Shown piece after piece: positions 39,231 to 53,579 of a DNA stretch of 64,000 bases. The DNA is from Vicugna vicugna. Its lineage: Eukaryota. The notes beneath the pieces are model-generated. The model was not told the origin of the DNA. It did not search any database and saw only the letters and a program-made list of their open reading frames with translations. The position numbers and the translations under genes were made by a program. The stretch is from positions 497,498 through 561,497 of the forward strand of contig MU058037.1 of the NCBI GenBank assembly GCA_013265495.1, given 5' to 3'. Every line of letters starts with the position of its first letter. Position 1 is the first letter of the stretch.

Positions 39231-41569
39231 CTTCAACAGAATTAATCATATTACAATTGAATGGAATCTTAGACATAGTAATAAACTCAAACCCCTAATT
39301 TTACAAATAAGGAAAATAAATCCCTTAGTAGTTTAGTGCCTTTTAAAAAGTCGCTAGTTAGTGCTAAGTTGTAACTTAGTCATTCAGTGTTAAAGTAAAA
39401 TGTTAATTTCACTTCCGCCCCATCATCTCAGAAGACACTTTCACACTGTGATAGTTTACTGTTTGATCCCAAAACACTTCTATAAACAGATTTTTGGTTA
39501 AATTTGGCAAATGTGGATATGGTAACCAATTGATTTATTTTTGGAGACCATCTCTGTTACCAGGATATAAAAATTCAGGTTAGACAATTGAAATGATTAC
39601 AGAATAAAATCTCTTGTATTCTTTTAACTTATTTTTACTCAAAGAATAAAAATGTAAAAATTTAGAATTTGTACCTAAGATAGTCATTAATAATGCCATT
39701 TTATTTTCCCCTAAGGGATAAGCTAACCCTGTTATGTAACTGATACTAATGATTATACACAGAGAGAAAAGCTCAATTTATTTTAAGACACAAATAATGT
39801 CAGAATCAGCTAGTTTCCAAAGCAAATGGTTTGCTGGTGTGATGTAGTCAAGTACTTTCATATAATTCTATGAAATGGATTGTAAAAATAAATCATTTCA
39901 TTTGCCATTTATAGCTCAATTTAATGATGCTACCATTTCCTTGATAAATTGCGTGCAGGGAAATGAATGAAGCCTAGCTATTTGTATAACAAGAGTATAA
40001 ATATGTGTGTATTGAGCAAATGGGAGTTTAGCTGATGTGTACTTGTGTTCTAGTGAAATGATCTTCACTCTCACAGCGAAGAACTTTATTGAAAACTAAG
40101 AATCAAGACAAGGTTTTTACTAAAATATCAACTTTTTCTAGGAATCATATATAATTCTCTTGCTTTTATACCTCCTGAGCAGGCAGAAGACACTTCTAGT
40201 TTCTGTTAAAAATGATATCTATGATTATTGTTAGTTTACAAAGAAGATGTGAAATGCAGTTTCATTCTACAGAAGGCAAGATAGATGCCTCTGCTCGTTC
40301 TTTCATGGATTCCATCATTATGTTTGTGAAATATTCCTTAACATCTAAAACTTACACTGAGAAATTGTGGTAGAAGTAGAAAAAAGATAAATCAATAAAT
40401 AATGTTGAATGTTAATTAATTTTATCCCCGTGGACTTCTGTGTACTCTATAATATTTGCAAAACAGTTGCTCCAACTTTCAATGTCTACATCACAACTGA
40501 AATATCCACCAAGAAAGCCACGTACAAAGAGAAACAGAGGGTCATATGATTCTTATGCTGAATTTTGATCTGTGAACGACTTCAAGATTTCATGAGTCCT
40601 TAAGAAAATAACACAAACAAATGCAAAAAACAAAACCTCTCTATCCCATTGTCAGAAACTTTAGAGAACTCTGCCTTGGTAATACTGAGAACCCCTCTCA
40701 TTTAAAACTACCTGTTAAGTTGTTTGAGTGTTTCATAAATTTTTTTTAACTTGACACTGATTTGTTCAGGCAAAGCACTTCTTTTATGCTTATAGTTTAG
40801 GAAGTGCTAACTCTGAGGTATGCAGAGTAAACAAATTTTGAATGCCGTACTTCTAACTAGCTTCATTTATGAAGTTAACGAATATTGAGTGCCTACTATG
40901 ATAAACACTTTTTTTTTTTTAGAAACTGGTCACTGTTTATGTTCTTTTCTCTGCCTTTCAAAATCATCATAGCAAAATTCTAAAATCCTCAAATTCTGAA
41001 AACCAATCACCTTGTTGTACTTAGTTCAATTCTCAACTAAACGTTCATTACAGTAGGTCATTAATGACAGTGCATCCTCCTCAGAATTTAGGGAAGACCT
41101 GCCTTTTTTTAGTTCATAAGCAATGGCTTTCATGAGTAAAATACTTCCCAACAGTCCAGTCTGGAATCCTGTCCAGCTTTTCTTGGGGTTAAGATGCTGA
41201 AAGTTAGTTTATACTAATTGCAGACATGTTACCTGGGAGGAATAGTATGTTAGGCATTATAATTATTACAGCTTAGTAGGAATTAGCAACCTAATCCCTG
41301 AAAAAAAATCCTGAGAAGATGGAACAGAGGCAGGTAATTTTTGATGGGGAGAAGAGATTTCACACAGTTTCTTTTGAGTAGTGCTGTTCTCTGAAAAAGC
41401 CAGGCTAGGTGGTGGTCTGTTCCTGGGAGAAAAACCCCCAAAATGCATGAAAGAATAGAAATACTTTAAAATCACAAAGATTAAGATATTCAGAAATAAC
41501 CATCATTAATATTAAGAGGCTATCGTTCTAGATATTTTTGTATACACATAGCAGAAAGATAGAAAATAT

Positions 41570-42048
41570 TTTTATCAGACAGGGTTAAATTAAAGAATCC
41601 GTATCTATGACTTGTGGCGTAAAGGTTTTATTTTAGGAACTAGACCTTGTATTGGTGAGGGAGCAGCTGTGGAAGTGAAGGGACAAGCAACCAATCTGAA
41701 AAGCCAGGCAAGTCCAGTTAAGTGGGAAGCTGTGTCTGTGTGTAGCTTCTGCGTCAGTGCTCTGTCACCAGGTGTGTGCTAGTAAGTTCAGGGTTGCTGT
41801 TAGTCAACAGGGAGAACTGGATGCAGAGCAGAGGAGACCAAGGATAAGCTAGAAAGCAGCACCCTTGTCTCTATCAGTACACCTAATCACAATGACCTTC
41901 AGAGAATAATGGCTGCTGCATCGTTTCTGTCTTCCAAATCTTGTGCAAATTCATTGTTTGGACGACTAGAACTCAGACCATCCAGGGAGGAGAGTTCTGG
42001 GAAGTGTATGTCCAGCTTAGTCAAGTTGATACAGAACAAACTACCACA
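41570..42048 (-). mobile_element. Old ERVL LTR (LTR40/41-like)
   Basis: ttctgggaagtgtatgtccagcttagtcaagttgatacagaacaaactaccaca terminus. Confidence 0.55.
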
Positions 42049-42967
42049 AAGTATTTATGAAAAAGAATCACATTACAAAGATGATTTTAGAATATGGTAT
42101 TCAATTTTATTTTTCTTGAACAGAAGAAGAAGAAACTGAAGGAATTCAGATGTATGTTTCTTCATGACAAGATAGTTTTTATTCTAAATGATCTCTTTGG
42201 AGATCAAATAAATTTTGAATGCATTAAAGGATTGGAGCTATGGCAATTTTTTAAACTATATGGTTAAATTTTAAACAGTTGATTGAAATTATAGCATAAA
42301 AAAGAGTTAATTTTCTCTCTCACAATTTTTCCTACCCCATCCTCATTTTCTGATTTATTTTTAAACTTTAATTTTTAAAAATACATTACAATGCATAACA
42401 ATTTTATTCTGTTCAGTACCATTCATTTTGGCACCGACTTAGTATTATTCTATGCTTACATGAATGCAGTGTTCATCACCTGGATTTTTGCCGTGCCCAT
42501 TACTGCATTCTTTGTTCTAAGTAATTTGTTAATTGTTTGGATTTTGTCAATTTGTTCTTTTAAGAGTGGCTTAGAGTACTGTCTTCCCTAGATCTTTACT
42601 TCTTGAGAATTAATGCTTGTTGCCTTTAGATTTGTAAAACTTCTTGACTTATTATAATGTTCTTGAGACATAATTTCTTTCCCTAAAAATGTGTGTCTAT
42701 GACCCATTGTTTTGTGGCATTAAAGATTATTGTGGGAAAATCTGAGAATAGTATGTTTCCCTGTGGATGAGGTGCGTTTCCTGGATACTTGAGATTCTTT
42801 ATTTACAGTTGAAGTTGAAAAATTTTAGCAAGATATGATCTTTTGTACTTTCCTAGAATGGTTGGTGAACTTTTAATCTAGATTCAGTTATTTCTACAAT
42901 TCAGAGAAATTTTCTGATATTAATAGATAATCATATCTACTCCATTTGTTGAGTTTGATTTCATTCA

Positions 42968-43392
42968 TTTTAAATAGACTATTTTTAGAGAAATTTAGGT
43001 TTACAACAAAACTGAGCAGAAAGTAGAGAGATTTACTTTACCCTACATACACATGTACACACACACATACATTAGTCACAATCAATGACTCTACGTTGAC
43101 ACAGAATTATCACTCAAAATCCAATTGACATTAGCGTTCACTCTTGCTGTTGTACATTCTGTGGGTTTTTACAAATGCATAATGACATGTATCCACCAAT
43201 AATATAGTGTCATACAAGATAGTTTCACCGCCCTAAAAATGCTCTATGCCCTGCCTATTTATCCCTCCCTCTCCCCTAACCCCTGATAACCACTGATTTT
43301 TTTTTTCGTCTTCATAGTTTTGCCTTTTCCAGAATGTGATATAGTTGGAATCATACAGTAGGTAGCCTTTTCAGATTGTCTTCTTTTACTTC
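42968..43392 (-). mobile_element. L1MC-type 3'UTR
   Basis: tttaggtttacaacaaaactgagcagaaagtagagaga...ttcactcttgctgttgtacattctgtggg. Confidence 0.75.
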
Positions 43393-44179
43393 ATATTCTG
43401 TTTGCTGTTACACATTTTACATATCTGGAAGGTTTTTTTTTTTATTCATCTTGCCCACGTTTAGGCATGCAGTGCAGAATTCAATTTTTTCTTTGCCTGA
43501 CTCTTTTCATAATATTTGAGCATCAGTTTGAGGACTAGATATTAGGGTGTGTGGTATCTTGGAAGACAGGAAAATTCGATTGAGACTCTGTGCAGTCTTT
43601 GTTAAAAAATGTGGTCTTTACTCTTTCTCTTAAGAATTCCTTCACCTTCTTAAGTCAGGATTAGCTCTCTCCTCTCGGGGTGTGTCCTATGTCCTGTGGA
43701 GGTACAGTCAGGCTTCAAATCACTTGCCCAGTTGTGTAAATGTGGAAACTTTACTTCCTTTCGACAGAGGTTTTAATTCTACTTCATACTTCATTTCATC
43801 ACTCATTCCGAGTCAGAAGAGGAATTAGATAACAGCATCTGCTAACTTTGCTTCTCTCTCAGATCAGGAGTATTGGTGAGAGTTTCTATGACTGCCAATT
43901 CATTCGTCTTGCTCAGAAGTGGATCTCTGGTCAGCAGACTTTCAGTACTGCTCTGTTACAAGATTCTACCTTTTCTCCTTAGTCGTCAGTTTTTGAAGCT
44001 TAGTGCTTTAAGTCATGTTCCTTTCTTTCTTTGACTAGAACTAATAACTTCTTTTGCTGATGTTTACCATTATTTTCACTAATCTTATTAAATGTTGGAA
44101 GAGGAAAGTGATTTACTTTCATTCCACTCTGCTTATCTAGTTAACCGCCTCCAACTGAATTGAAGTCCTTGAGTATTAC

Positions 44180-44860
44180 GTGGCAGATTCCGTTCTTTTT
44201 TCCGTTTACTAGTTGTGTTACTTTGGGCATCTTACTTAACCTCTGTGGTATAAGTTTATTCACCACTGGATGATATAATATCCATCTTATAGGCAGGATT
44301 CATTGGGATAATATATGTAAACACTTAACACAACCTTAATTAAGATACTACTGGAGTAGTGTAGGTAAGGGATGCTGCTGGTTTTGATGAGATTAATAGC
44401 AGTGGAGAAGGGCAGAAGTGGGCAAAGCTAAGATATTTTTGGAGATTGACATGACAGGACTTGGTTCAGGTTGTGAAAACTGAGAAACTGAGGTTTAAAT
44501 CCTGACTCTACCTTTTAGGACTATGTGCAACTAACTGTATTAATAGCTTTGAGTCTCAAATTCATTTTCTGAAAGATGGAAGGTCTAATTGTGAAAATTA
44601 AGAGAATACATACAAACCTCCTAGTGTAGTGCCTGACAAAGCATAAATACTCAGTAATTCTCAGCTTATTAGCAATAATTGCATTAGCATTAATATAATT
44701 CATATTAGTATCAATATTTAATTCAGTTGAAAGAAAGGAGATCCTAATTGATTCTTAGGCTTTTGGTAGTTTGGTGAATAGGGGTGTCACTTACTGAAAT
44801 ATGGGAAACTGATGAGGAAATATTTGGGATGGGGCAGCAAATCATGAGTTCTTCTAAGTT
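44180..44860. mobile_element. Cluster of MIR and L2 fragments
   Basis: MIR cores ttactttgggcatcttacttaacctctg and ttcattttctgaaagatgga; L2-like gatatttttggagattgacatgacaggacttgg. Confidence 0.55.
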
Positions 44861-47800
44861 TTCCATATATGACAAGGCAAAGTCTCTTTGACATCCTGGT
44901 CACATTTTCTCCACGAACTCCAGTTTGTCATTTTCCATTTTAAAGTTTTTTGTCCCAAAGCAGAGACAGAATTAATATATTGTCAATTAGGACCATGCCT
45001 CCCTTATTTTTAACACACTATGTTTATTGATCCAATTTAAAGCGTAATTATTCCCTTTAGAAGCAATTTCTCACTCTTGCATTATATTAGCGCTAGAAGA
45101 TCTACAACCCTGATGAAGAATTCATGCTGAAGGATATGTCAAAGGTCTTGACCCTTGTGATAACTCATGATAAGCAGAAGAAAATCCACTTTCCAGGTCA
45201 AAGAGCATTATGGCACAAGTTCAGATCAGACATTTGATTAAGTTTATATGACTTCTAGGACTTGAATGCTGGCATGTCCCGTATTTTAAGTAGATACAAA
45301 ATAATGAATTTTTATTTAAATGAAGAATAAATATTCTCTGGGATTCTCCCCAGAGCCTGGTTGTAATGTGCCATGCATAAATAACTTACATGGCGTAACT
45401 GGCCAAGAATAAGCTTTCCTAAAGTTCCATTCATTAATTGATTTGATTCATTCAGAAGTTATCTTGAGAACTTAAACCATGTGGTAGGCACTATTCTAGG
45501 AACTGGGGAAATGTCAATGAATTGAAGATTTGCTGCTCAACTTGTACATCCTCTCTGGCCAACAGAATCTTGAAGACAATGATCAATGAAGCCGTTTAGT
45601 TTGAATATTTACCCTTGACAACTGTTAGTCATGTTCTTTTCATGTAGGACCAGGTCAAGACAACAAAGTAGATTAGTTTAAAATGACACTGTCCACACTA
45701 TAGAGTTAAAATGAGACAGTCCATGAAACAGTTGACTCAAAGCAGTGTGTGGTTGGGGTCAGGGAGGATCCAGAGGATTACACTAAAATATATTACACAC
45801 TATAGATAGCATGCCTTTTGGTTCTGATATTTCCTTTAAATGATTCTCACTAAACTCTTGGTGAATTACTTAAAATACTTAAAGGGAAATGTCTCTGATC
45901 TAGTGTTATAAAGATTCTCTTTGCCATTCCAGTGTCCACACGGGTCTGCATCAGATTCCCACTTCTTTTTACCAGGTTTTTGTACTAACTGCAAAGGTTC
46001 TCAATATCCAAATTCAGTTTTTCTCAAAGCTTGTTCTTTAATACATAGTCTTCACCTGATTTTCTATAGCTCTAGCTACTGCTGCTCTGAATTTCCTAAT
46101 CCGCAGATCCTTCATCCACTGCCAGATCTTCCATTGTGTCCTTGACAGAACATCTATTGTTTGTTACCCCAGGAAGGGCTCTTCCCTCTCAGTTTCCTGT
46201 CTGCTTCTTGTTCTCTGGGTTTCAGTGCTTTACATGTTCTTACCCAGACTGTAGTAGGTGGGAAGGGTTATGGCCTGCCCTCAATTTGACAAAAATAAAA
46301 CAGCCTGCAAGTTTAATAATGTTTTTTAAGTCTTCCCCTCCTATTTATTGCTCACTCTTTGCACTAAGTCTCCTCATCCAGACCACCTGCTGTGACTAGC
46401 CAAAGTCCTTTTTCTCTTGTCCTACTTTCTCACTGACATATATTGAGATATACTAACTTATCTCTGAATATTGAGGTATTTTTGTAAATTTTTTCAGAAT
46501 CCGTTTTTGATTAGCTATACACTGTTTCTAGAACCTTTTTACTGTTATCTTCATCTAGTACAGTTTATTTTATTTTAATCCCTTTAAATCATCTTCTTAA
46601 TCACTGTTCATGGTGGCTGGCAGCTTTGCACAGAAATGCCTTATGCAACCCTAAATGAAGAGGCTGAGGGAAAATGACAGGTCCTTTCAATGCTGGGGCT
46701 TTCTCCCTGTCTTATACACATGGGAAGCATTTTTGCTTTCATGGTAGTTGCAGCAAACACACATAATCTAGATTTAAATATTTCTTATATTGCACACTTG
46801 TTAAGTTTAGAACCTATTACCTAATTTATAACTTATATAAGATCAAAATACTGTATGTTAAATTGACTTAGAAGTGACTCTTGTACGTCAAAAATTAGTT
46901 TGATAGTAAAGATTATTTAGAAATGAAGTTCAAGTGTATTATCTGGGCCCAAACATATTCATTCAAGAAAGCAGTTTTCAATTTTAGTAGTGTAATAGCT
47001 GAACACTACTGAAACAAATTTTATTTGCAAAACTTCCTTAGTCCATTTCCCTGAATCAGATATTCAAGCTCTCAAAATTCTGCCAGAATTATATTCTAAA
47101 CTGCAGATCTAAGTAAATTATATCCTGTTTAAACCCTTTGATGTATTTCCTCCATCTTCAGGACAAAGGATAGAACCTTTTAATATGGACCACAAAGATT
47201 TCCATGATACAACCTTAGCCTGTGTGTCCAGTATCAACTCTAAGCACACAACCCCACTCAGACTCTAAATACTAACCATATTATTCTGCTATATCACTTC
47301 CTCTTATTACCCTGTCATCTGGTCAGGCATCTTCATCAAGAAACTGGAAATTTGTTTCCCGTACTTGTTTTCAATAATGAAGTTGGTATGTGCTGGTAAA
47401 TAATCTCAAACACTGAGACACTGGAGAAAATCTCTGGTCTCAGTGGTCCTATGGTTTTTCTTTCCATAACCAGCAAATGCTCAACACTGAAAGCAAGTCT
47501 GTTATATTCTAAAGAGTAGGTACCATCATTATTCTTAGACAGCCTGGTCTAGACATTAAAGTCCAGCTTGGACTCCATCTTCTGCTGCTAGTGTCAAGCT
47601 CAGTGACTGTCTGAAAATCTGTCATATCATGCTATTCTTGTTGTCAATGTTTGGAATATGTGAATTCTAACAAAATTAATATTTTGAAATAGAACCATTA
47701 TGTGTCTAGTAACTGCATAACCCTACCTGTAGTTTGAAAATACAGCTAGTTAATAGGATTACCTGAATATTTATATCTACATAGTCCATTAGATTTACAT

Positions 47801-48431
47801 GAAAGGATTTTCTTCTCTCTTGACCTAGGTTAGCCAAATATTGCCAGTGTTCAAACATTAAAATCCATAATTTACTCAAAAGTGAGATGTCCAAATTTTG
47901 CTAATGTATTTCAGTTTTGCACAGGTAGTATTCCATTTTTGACATTGTATTTTCTTTTAAATTGGAGTATCTTTTTCTTACTACCTCACCATTCTCTCAC
48001 CCCCCCAGAAACATTTTCCACTTTGTGAATCTCTGTGGCTTCCGTTGCTTATTCTGCACTTGTTCCATGAAACTTCAAACAAAAGGTGTGTGATAGAGGA
48101 ACAGAACAGAAATGAGAGAGAGAGCTTTGTGTCTAAGTTATCTTTTTTTTTTCCAGTCACAGTAATAAAAATAGATACCATTCATTCAGGAACAGATCAC
48201 TTAGGATCAGAAAGAAAGACTTCTTTTACATTTGATACTGGAGAGTATTTTTAGGCAGAACTGGTCTATTTAGAATACCAAGGTACCCAGTGTTTCCCAG
48301 ATATTTTCACCAGAAAAAACTCATAAAGACTTCTTTTTACTGTGCCAAGACATATGACTTAGCATTGGTTTTTCAGTATATGTTGAATGACTGGGAATAG
48401 TCCTCTCTAATAACTCTGAAATCCTAAGAGC

Positions 48432-49570
48432 CAGGGTAGTATAATGTTTGAGAGCACAGACTCTGGTTTAATTCCTAGCTCTGCAACTTCCTCGCTGTGT
48501 GGGCAAATCACTTAACCTCTATATGCCTCAGTTTCTTTAACTGTAAAATGGAGATGATAATGGTATATACTTCATAAGGTTGTTACAGGTTTTTGTTTTG
48601 TTCCAGCTTTATTGACCTATTATTGACATACAATATATGTAAGTTTAAGTTGTACATTGTGATGACTTGATACACTTACATATTGCAAAATTATTATAAA
48701 ATTGCAAAGCTCCATCCCTTCACATTATTAATATTTTTCATGTGGTGATAATATTTAAGATATGCTCTCTTAACAACCTTCAAGTATATAATGTAATATT
48801 GCTAACTACAGTCACCATACTATATATTAGATCTCCAGAACTTATTTATTTTGTAGCTGGGAGTTTGTATCCTTTGACCATCTGCCCATTTCACCCATCC
48901 CTGAGCCCCTCCCTGGCAACCACCTTTCTACTGTATTTCTATGGGCTCAGCTTTTTTAGATTCTCCCTATAAGTGAGAGCATATACTATTTGAATATTCT
49001 TGGCTCCCTTGTCAAGTATTAGTTGACACCATATGCATAGCTTATTTCTAGGCTCTCAATTCTCTTCCATTGGTGTATGTGTCTGTTTTTATGCCAGAGC
49101 CATAGTCTCTTGATTACTGTACCTTTGTAATAAAGTTTGAAATCAGAAATTGTGATGCCTCCAGCTTTATTCTTCTTTCTCAGGATTTCTTTGGTTATTT
49201 GGGGTCTTTTTTTAGTTCTATACAAATTTTAGGGTTGTTTTTTCTATTTCTGTGAAAAATGCCATTGGAAATTTGATAGGGATTGTACTGAGTCTATAGA
49301 TGGCTTTAGGTGGTATGGACATTTTAACAGTATTAATTCTTTTGATTCATGAACGCAGAATATCTTTCTGTTTATTTGTATCTTCTTCAATTTGGTTCAT
49401 TCATGTCTTGTGTTTTTCAGTGTGCAGATCTTTCAATCTCCTTGGTTAAATTTATTCCTAAATATTTTTTGATGCTATTGTGATGAGTTGCAAACCAGTT
49501 AATTTACATCAAGTGCTTAGATGAGTGGCTAATATATAGATAGCACCATGTAAATACTTGATATTATTAC
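48432..49570 (+). mobile_element. MIR split by an L1 at ~48590-49480
   Basis: ggcaaatcacttaacctctatatgcctcagtttctttaactgtaaaatggagatg; MIR tail resumes near 49480. Confidence 0.75.
48590..49480 (-). mobile_element. L1MA-like 3'UTR fused by internal deletion to an ORF2 segment
   Basis: 3'UTR to ~48990, then [17 protein letters not shown] (ORF 49019-49225). Confidence 0.8.
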
Positions 49571-49752
49571 TGTCTTTACCCAGTTTAGCTCTTCTCCCCC
49601 AAATAATATAAGGATTTAAAGTAGCCCTGTGTAGACTAGGACTTAGAAAAGGCACTCTTTCTCTTCTTCCCAGTAGTTGATTGTAGTTAACAACTGAAAT
49701 TTAACCTTTGGAAAGTTACCATAGTGTAATACAATCAGTGTAGAGCCTAAAT

Positions 49753-49935
49753 TTGCACAGTCCAATAGGGTAGCCAAATATGGCTATTTAAATTAATTAA
49801 AATTAAAAATTTAGTTCCTTAGTTGCACTAGCCGTATTTCAAATGCTCAGTAGCCACATGTAGTAAGTAGTTACTGCGTTGGGTAGCACAGATATAGAAC
49901 ATTTCCATCATTGCAGAAAGCTTTTTGAACACTGC
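49753..49935 (-). mobile_element. MER3-like hAT-Charlie MITE
   Basis: gtccaatagggtagcca...tcaaatgctcagtagccacatg...agatatagaacatttccatcattgcagaaag. Confidence 0.85.
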
Positions 49936-50539
49936 TAAGGATCAGATTCTGATGCTCTGTTTGTGTTTTCTTTCCTCCTAAACAAAAAATGGTGTGACTC
50001 ATTTCTGTCCAGGCTATATCAAATCTACTTGGTCAAGGTGCACTTTCAGTCCTTCCCATTTTTCCCTCCTACAACTCTTCTCCCGTTTACAGTGTATTAG
50101 TCATCTAGGAATTACTCAAATTATAAAGAAGTAGATATACTGAACATAAACAAAATACTTCCTCTTGGAAATGGATACTCTTAACCCCTCTCCCAAGCAA
50201 GGAAAGAACACTGAGACTTGTCATTATATTGTCTACATATTCAAGTTCTTAGATTTTGCATTTTCTAATCAATAGAGTATTATGATATAAATATCTGAAT
50301 TGAATTTTTGCATTGAAAGTAGAGGACAATTTTGTTCAAGTTCAGGTTAATTTAAATTATTATGCTATTACCTTATCTAATGACTTAAGTCCCTCTCCCT
50401 TCCTTACTATTACATAGTTCTCTGAAATTTTACTGTTAAGTCTTTACATATATTTTAGAGATCTTACTAATTCTATCTTAATCTTTTTCCAGTCTAAAAA
50501 TAATCATGAAGCTAGAAGTAAAAGAAAATTGGAGGTTTT

Positions 50540-50991
50540 TCTAATTTGGGTTTTCTTAAAAGCAGACTCTTAAGGCAGGGATTTGGATAGAAGTACTTTA
50601 TTTGGAAGGCGGTCCCAGGAAGGACTATGAGCAAGTGAGACAGGGAAGGGAATAAAGCCACTGTAGGGAAAGCCAGTAGGTTGTTGTCTGTGGGCAACGG
50701 GAGCTCAACCTGCTGGAGACCTTTAAGAGACTATATGGAACACAACTCAGAGTTACCCCATAGAGAGGTAAAAAATCTAGGGTGCTTATGTACAGACTCC
50801 TGCCCCTTAATGATGGAGAGTAATTCTCGGGATGGTCCCCCTACACACTTCCTGTCTGCCCCACTAATGGACTGAGCAGGATTCTGAGGCAGGAGAAGGT
50901 CCTAGGCAAAGAGATGCAAGTACCTGGGCATGAAATCTGTCTCTGGTGTAGGCAACAGGTTACAAATAGGGTATCAACACCATCTGCTATA
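50540..50991 (-). mobile_element. ERVL LTR (LTR33-like)
   Basis: aagcagactcttaaggcagggatttgg...tttatttggaaggcggtcccaggaag...gtgagacagggaaggg. Confidence 0.75.
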
Positions 50992-51089
50992 GCTGACTAC
51001 TATACATGGTTTAAGTATCAACTTAAACATGTATTTAAATAACGGTACAGGAATATGTATCAAAATCCTCTGAGTAGGCTATGTCCTTT

Positions 51090-51550
51090 TAACTTTACAA
51101 GAATGTTTCTGCACATTTATTTTAAGGAAACAGATAGGCAAAATACTAAATGTAATGTTATTTATAATTGTAGACCGTAAAGAACAAACTAATTCCAGAA
51201 ATAGAGTATTGGTTAAATAAATTCCTCATATTCTTATTAAATGCAGTCAATAGAAAACATGATTATGAATACTTACATATGTGTTATATGTAATGTGTAT
51301 AGAATGTCCATGGTGCATTAAAAAGCATAAAACAGATTGTAAAAGATCATATACGGTATAGCTCCAATTATACACACACACGCACGTGTGCACACATGAC
51401 TAGGCAAGAAATAATGGCTGGAATATTACACAAAATAATTAACAGTCATTACCACTTGGTTATAGATTTAGAGATAATTTAAATTCCTTTATTAATGCTT
51501 TTATAAATTTTCTGCAATAAACATTATTTTTATAACAAGAAAAATCATTA
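51090..51550 (+). mobile_element. Old L1ME-type 3'UTR
   Basis: aatagagtattggttaaataaat...ctgcaataaacattatttttataacaaga. Confidence 0.5.
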
Positions 51551-53579
51551 AGTGCAATTTTAAAGCAAAATTAACCTATTTTAATACTGATACTTTCACA
51601 CCTGAAATTCTATTGGTTTTTTATGTATAATTGCAAGTTAAATTCTAAATGTAGCAATTACACACAAGAGCATGCCACATTTCTTTTTCTCAGAGTAGAA
51701 ATATGTATAATCTTTGGGAGAACTTGATTGTAAACATGTATGTGCTTTGAATGCAATAAGACAGATTGCAGCTAAAGTTATTTTCTCTGCCTAAGTGGAA
51801 TGATGTTGTGATTTAGCCTGTAGGACTCCCCTGAAAATGGATTTTTGAAGGCAGATAAACTGTGTCCCTGGATAAAATAGGCTTCTGACATATATCAAAA
51901 TGAGCTGGTTATTGACCTGTTTGTATGCAGCATATGCTATTTCTTATGGCAACATCATCTTCTCAGCACTGCCAACACTGTAGACAGTGATAAATTATTA
52001 AGAATGACTCTGGAGAAGGATAGTGTGTTGAGGTTTGTGGAATATGGCACAAAGCATATGGAGAGACCGTTTCTTAGCCACGGCCTACTTTTCTAATGTC
52101 ACAGTCCTATAATACACTTAAGAGAAGAGTAAGTCAGTCCAAATCCACCATCTTATACATACCCTTTTCATTCCTAATAGGAAAATAACTCAGAAAGAAT
52201 GGATCAGTCATTCATCATCCTAACTGCATGATAATTAAAAATAAAATGAATTTTAAAATGCTATCCTATGTTGTAGGTGTCAAATGAATGATCAGGTTGG
52301 CCACGTCAATTGGAGAAAACCATTCACATAATTGTGTTTGATTCCTCTTCTGTTAATGAAGTACTTGAACAGGAAAATCCATGTTTTAATACTTCCACAA
52401 ACAGCAAATAGAATTAAGTTTTAATGAGTTCATAGTTCTTCTCAGGATCTGATCTGAGGAAATGGCCAGAAATTTTAGCCATCTTAGGCACAAGAATTTT
52501 ATTCACAAAAGTGTCTGTGACAATGAAAATTTGATAGCAATTTAAATAACAATAGCAAAATAGTTTAAATATGTCATTCATACTATCACATATTATTCAT
52601 GTTTTAAAACAATGTTATTGAAAAAGATACTTAGTGGCATAGAAGAACATTACTGTGCAATATTAAATTAAAGATACATACAGTATTCACATGCATTTTC
52701 ACCCCTGTTATGTAAAAATACATGTGTGTTTATGGGTAAGAAGAAGAACAAAAGGAAATAAAATACCAGCTACAGTTATCCATGGGTTATGTTTTTATTA
52801 GTGATAATTTTCTTCTTTGTTTCAGTCTTGGATTACTTGTATTATCTATAATGAGCATGTTTTATTTTTATTAGTAGAAAATGATAAGCTAAAGAAAAGA
52901 TAATATACTAAGAATTTTGCCTGAATTCCTCTTTGACCCTGTCTCGGTGCATTCAGAATCGGCCATTTGAGTCATCAGCTAAGAAGCAGGTGCCCAAATG
53001 TGAAAGTAATTGGATTTCACACAGCATTTTCCATGGGGCAATTGAATCATGACTGCTTAAAAACATGCCTTTGGAAAATTTGTTCCAAAGAGTTCTTAAA
53101 TCTGTGTATTAGCACAGACTATTCTTTCAATAACTATGTGTTCATTGTCCACTGTATACTCGACATTGTACTATCTCTTGTAACAAACAAGTAAAATCAT
53201 CTCTACCTTTAAGGAAGTTGAAGTTCTAAAGAAGGAAAAAGATAAATAAAACAGTGGGTACACAATTCAAAAATTATGGTAGTTCTCTGCTAAATAACGT
53301 GGTGGACTCTGTTAATATTGAGGTTCAGAAAAGAGAATTGTGTAATTCTCAATGCAGACTGAAGTATTTACTATGCATGTTCAAAGGTATATACTTTTAA
53401 TAATTTTCTCCTGCTACTTCTCCTTGTAGGAAATCTTTGAGTTTCTATCTGGACTACAGATAGTTGGAGATATAGGTTAGAGGACTTTCAGGCAAAGTAC
53501 AGGTTAACCAAGTGTGAGCTATATTTAGCAAGAAGCGGACTGGGTAAATTGTCATGCTAGACTCAGCACTTTCCAAAAG

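Noticed and set aside
45097..45238. Open frame KIYNPDEEFMLKDMSK...
   Set aside because: No polypyrimidine acceptor, short, and not recognised.
53431..53476. Candidate 46-nt exon (ttctccttgtag ... ATAG/gttaga)
   Set aside because: Acceptor is good but the donor is mediocre and the peptide unrecognised; it needs RNA-seq support.
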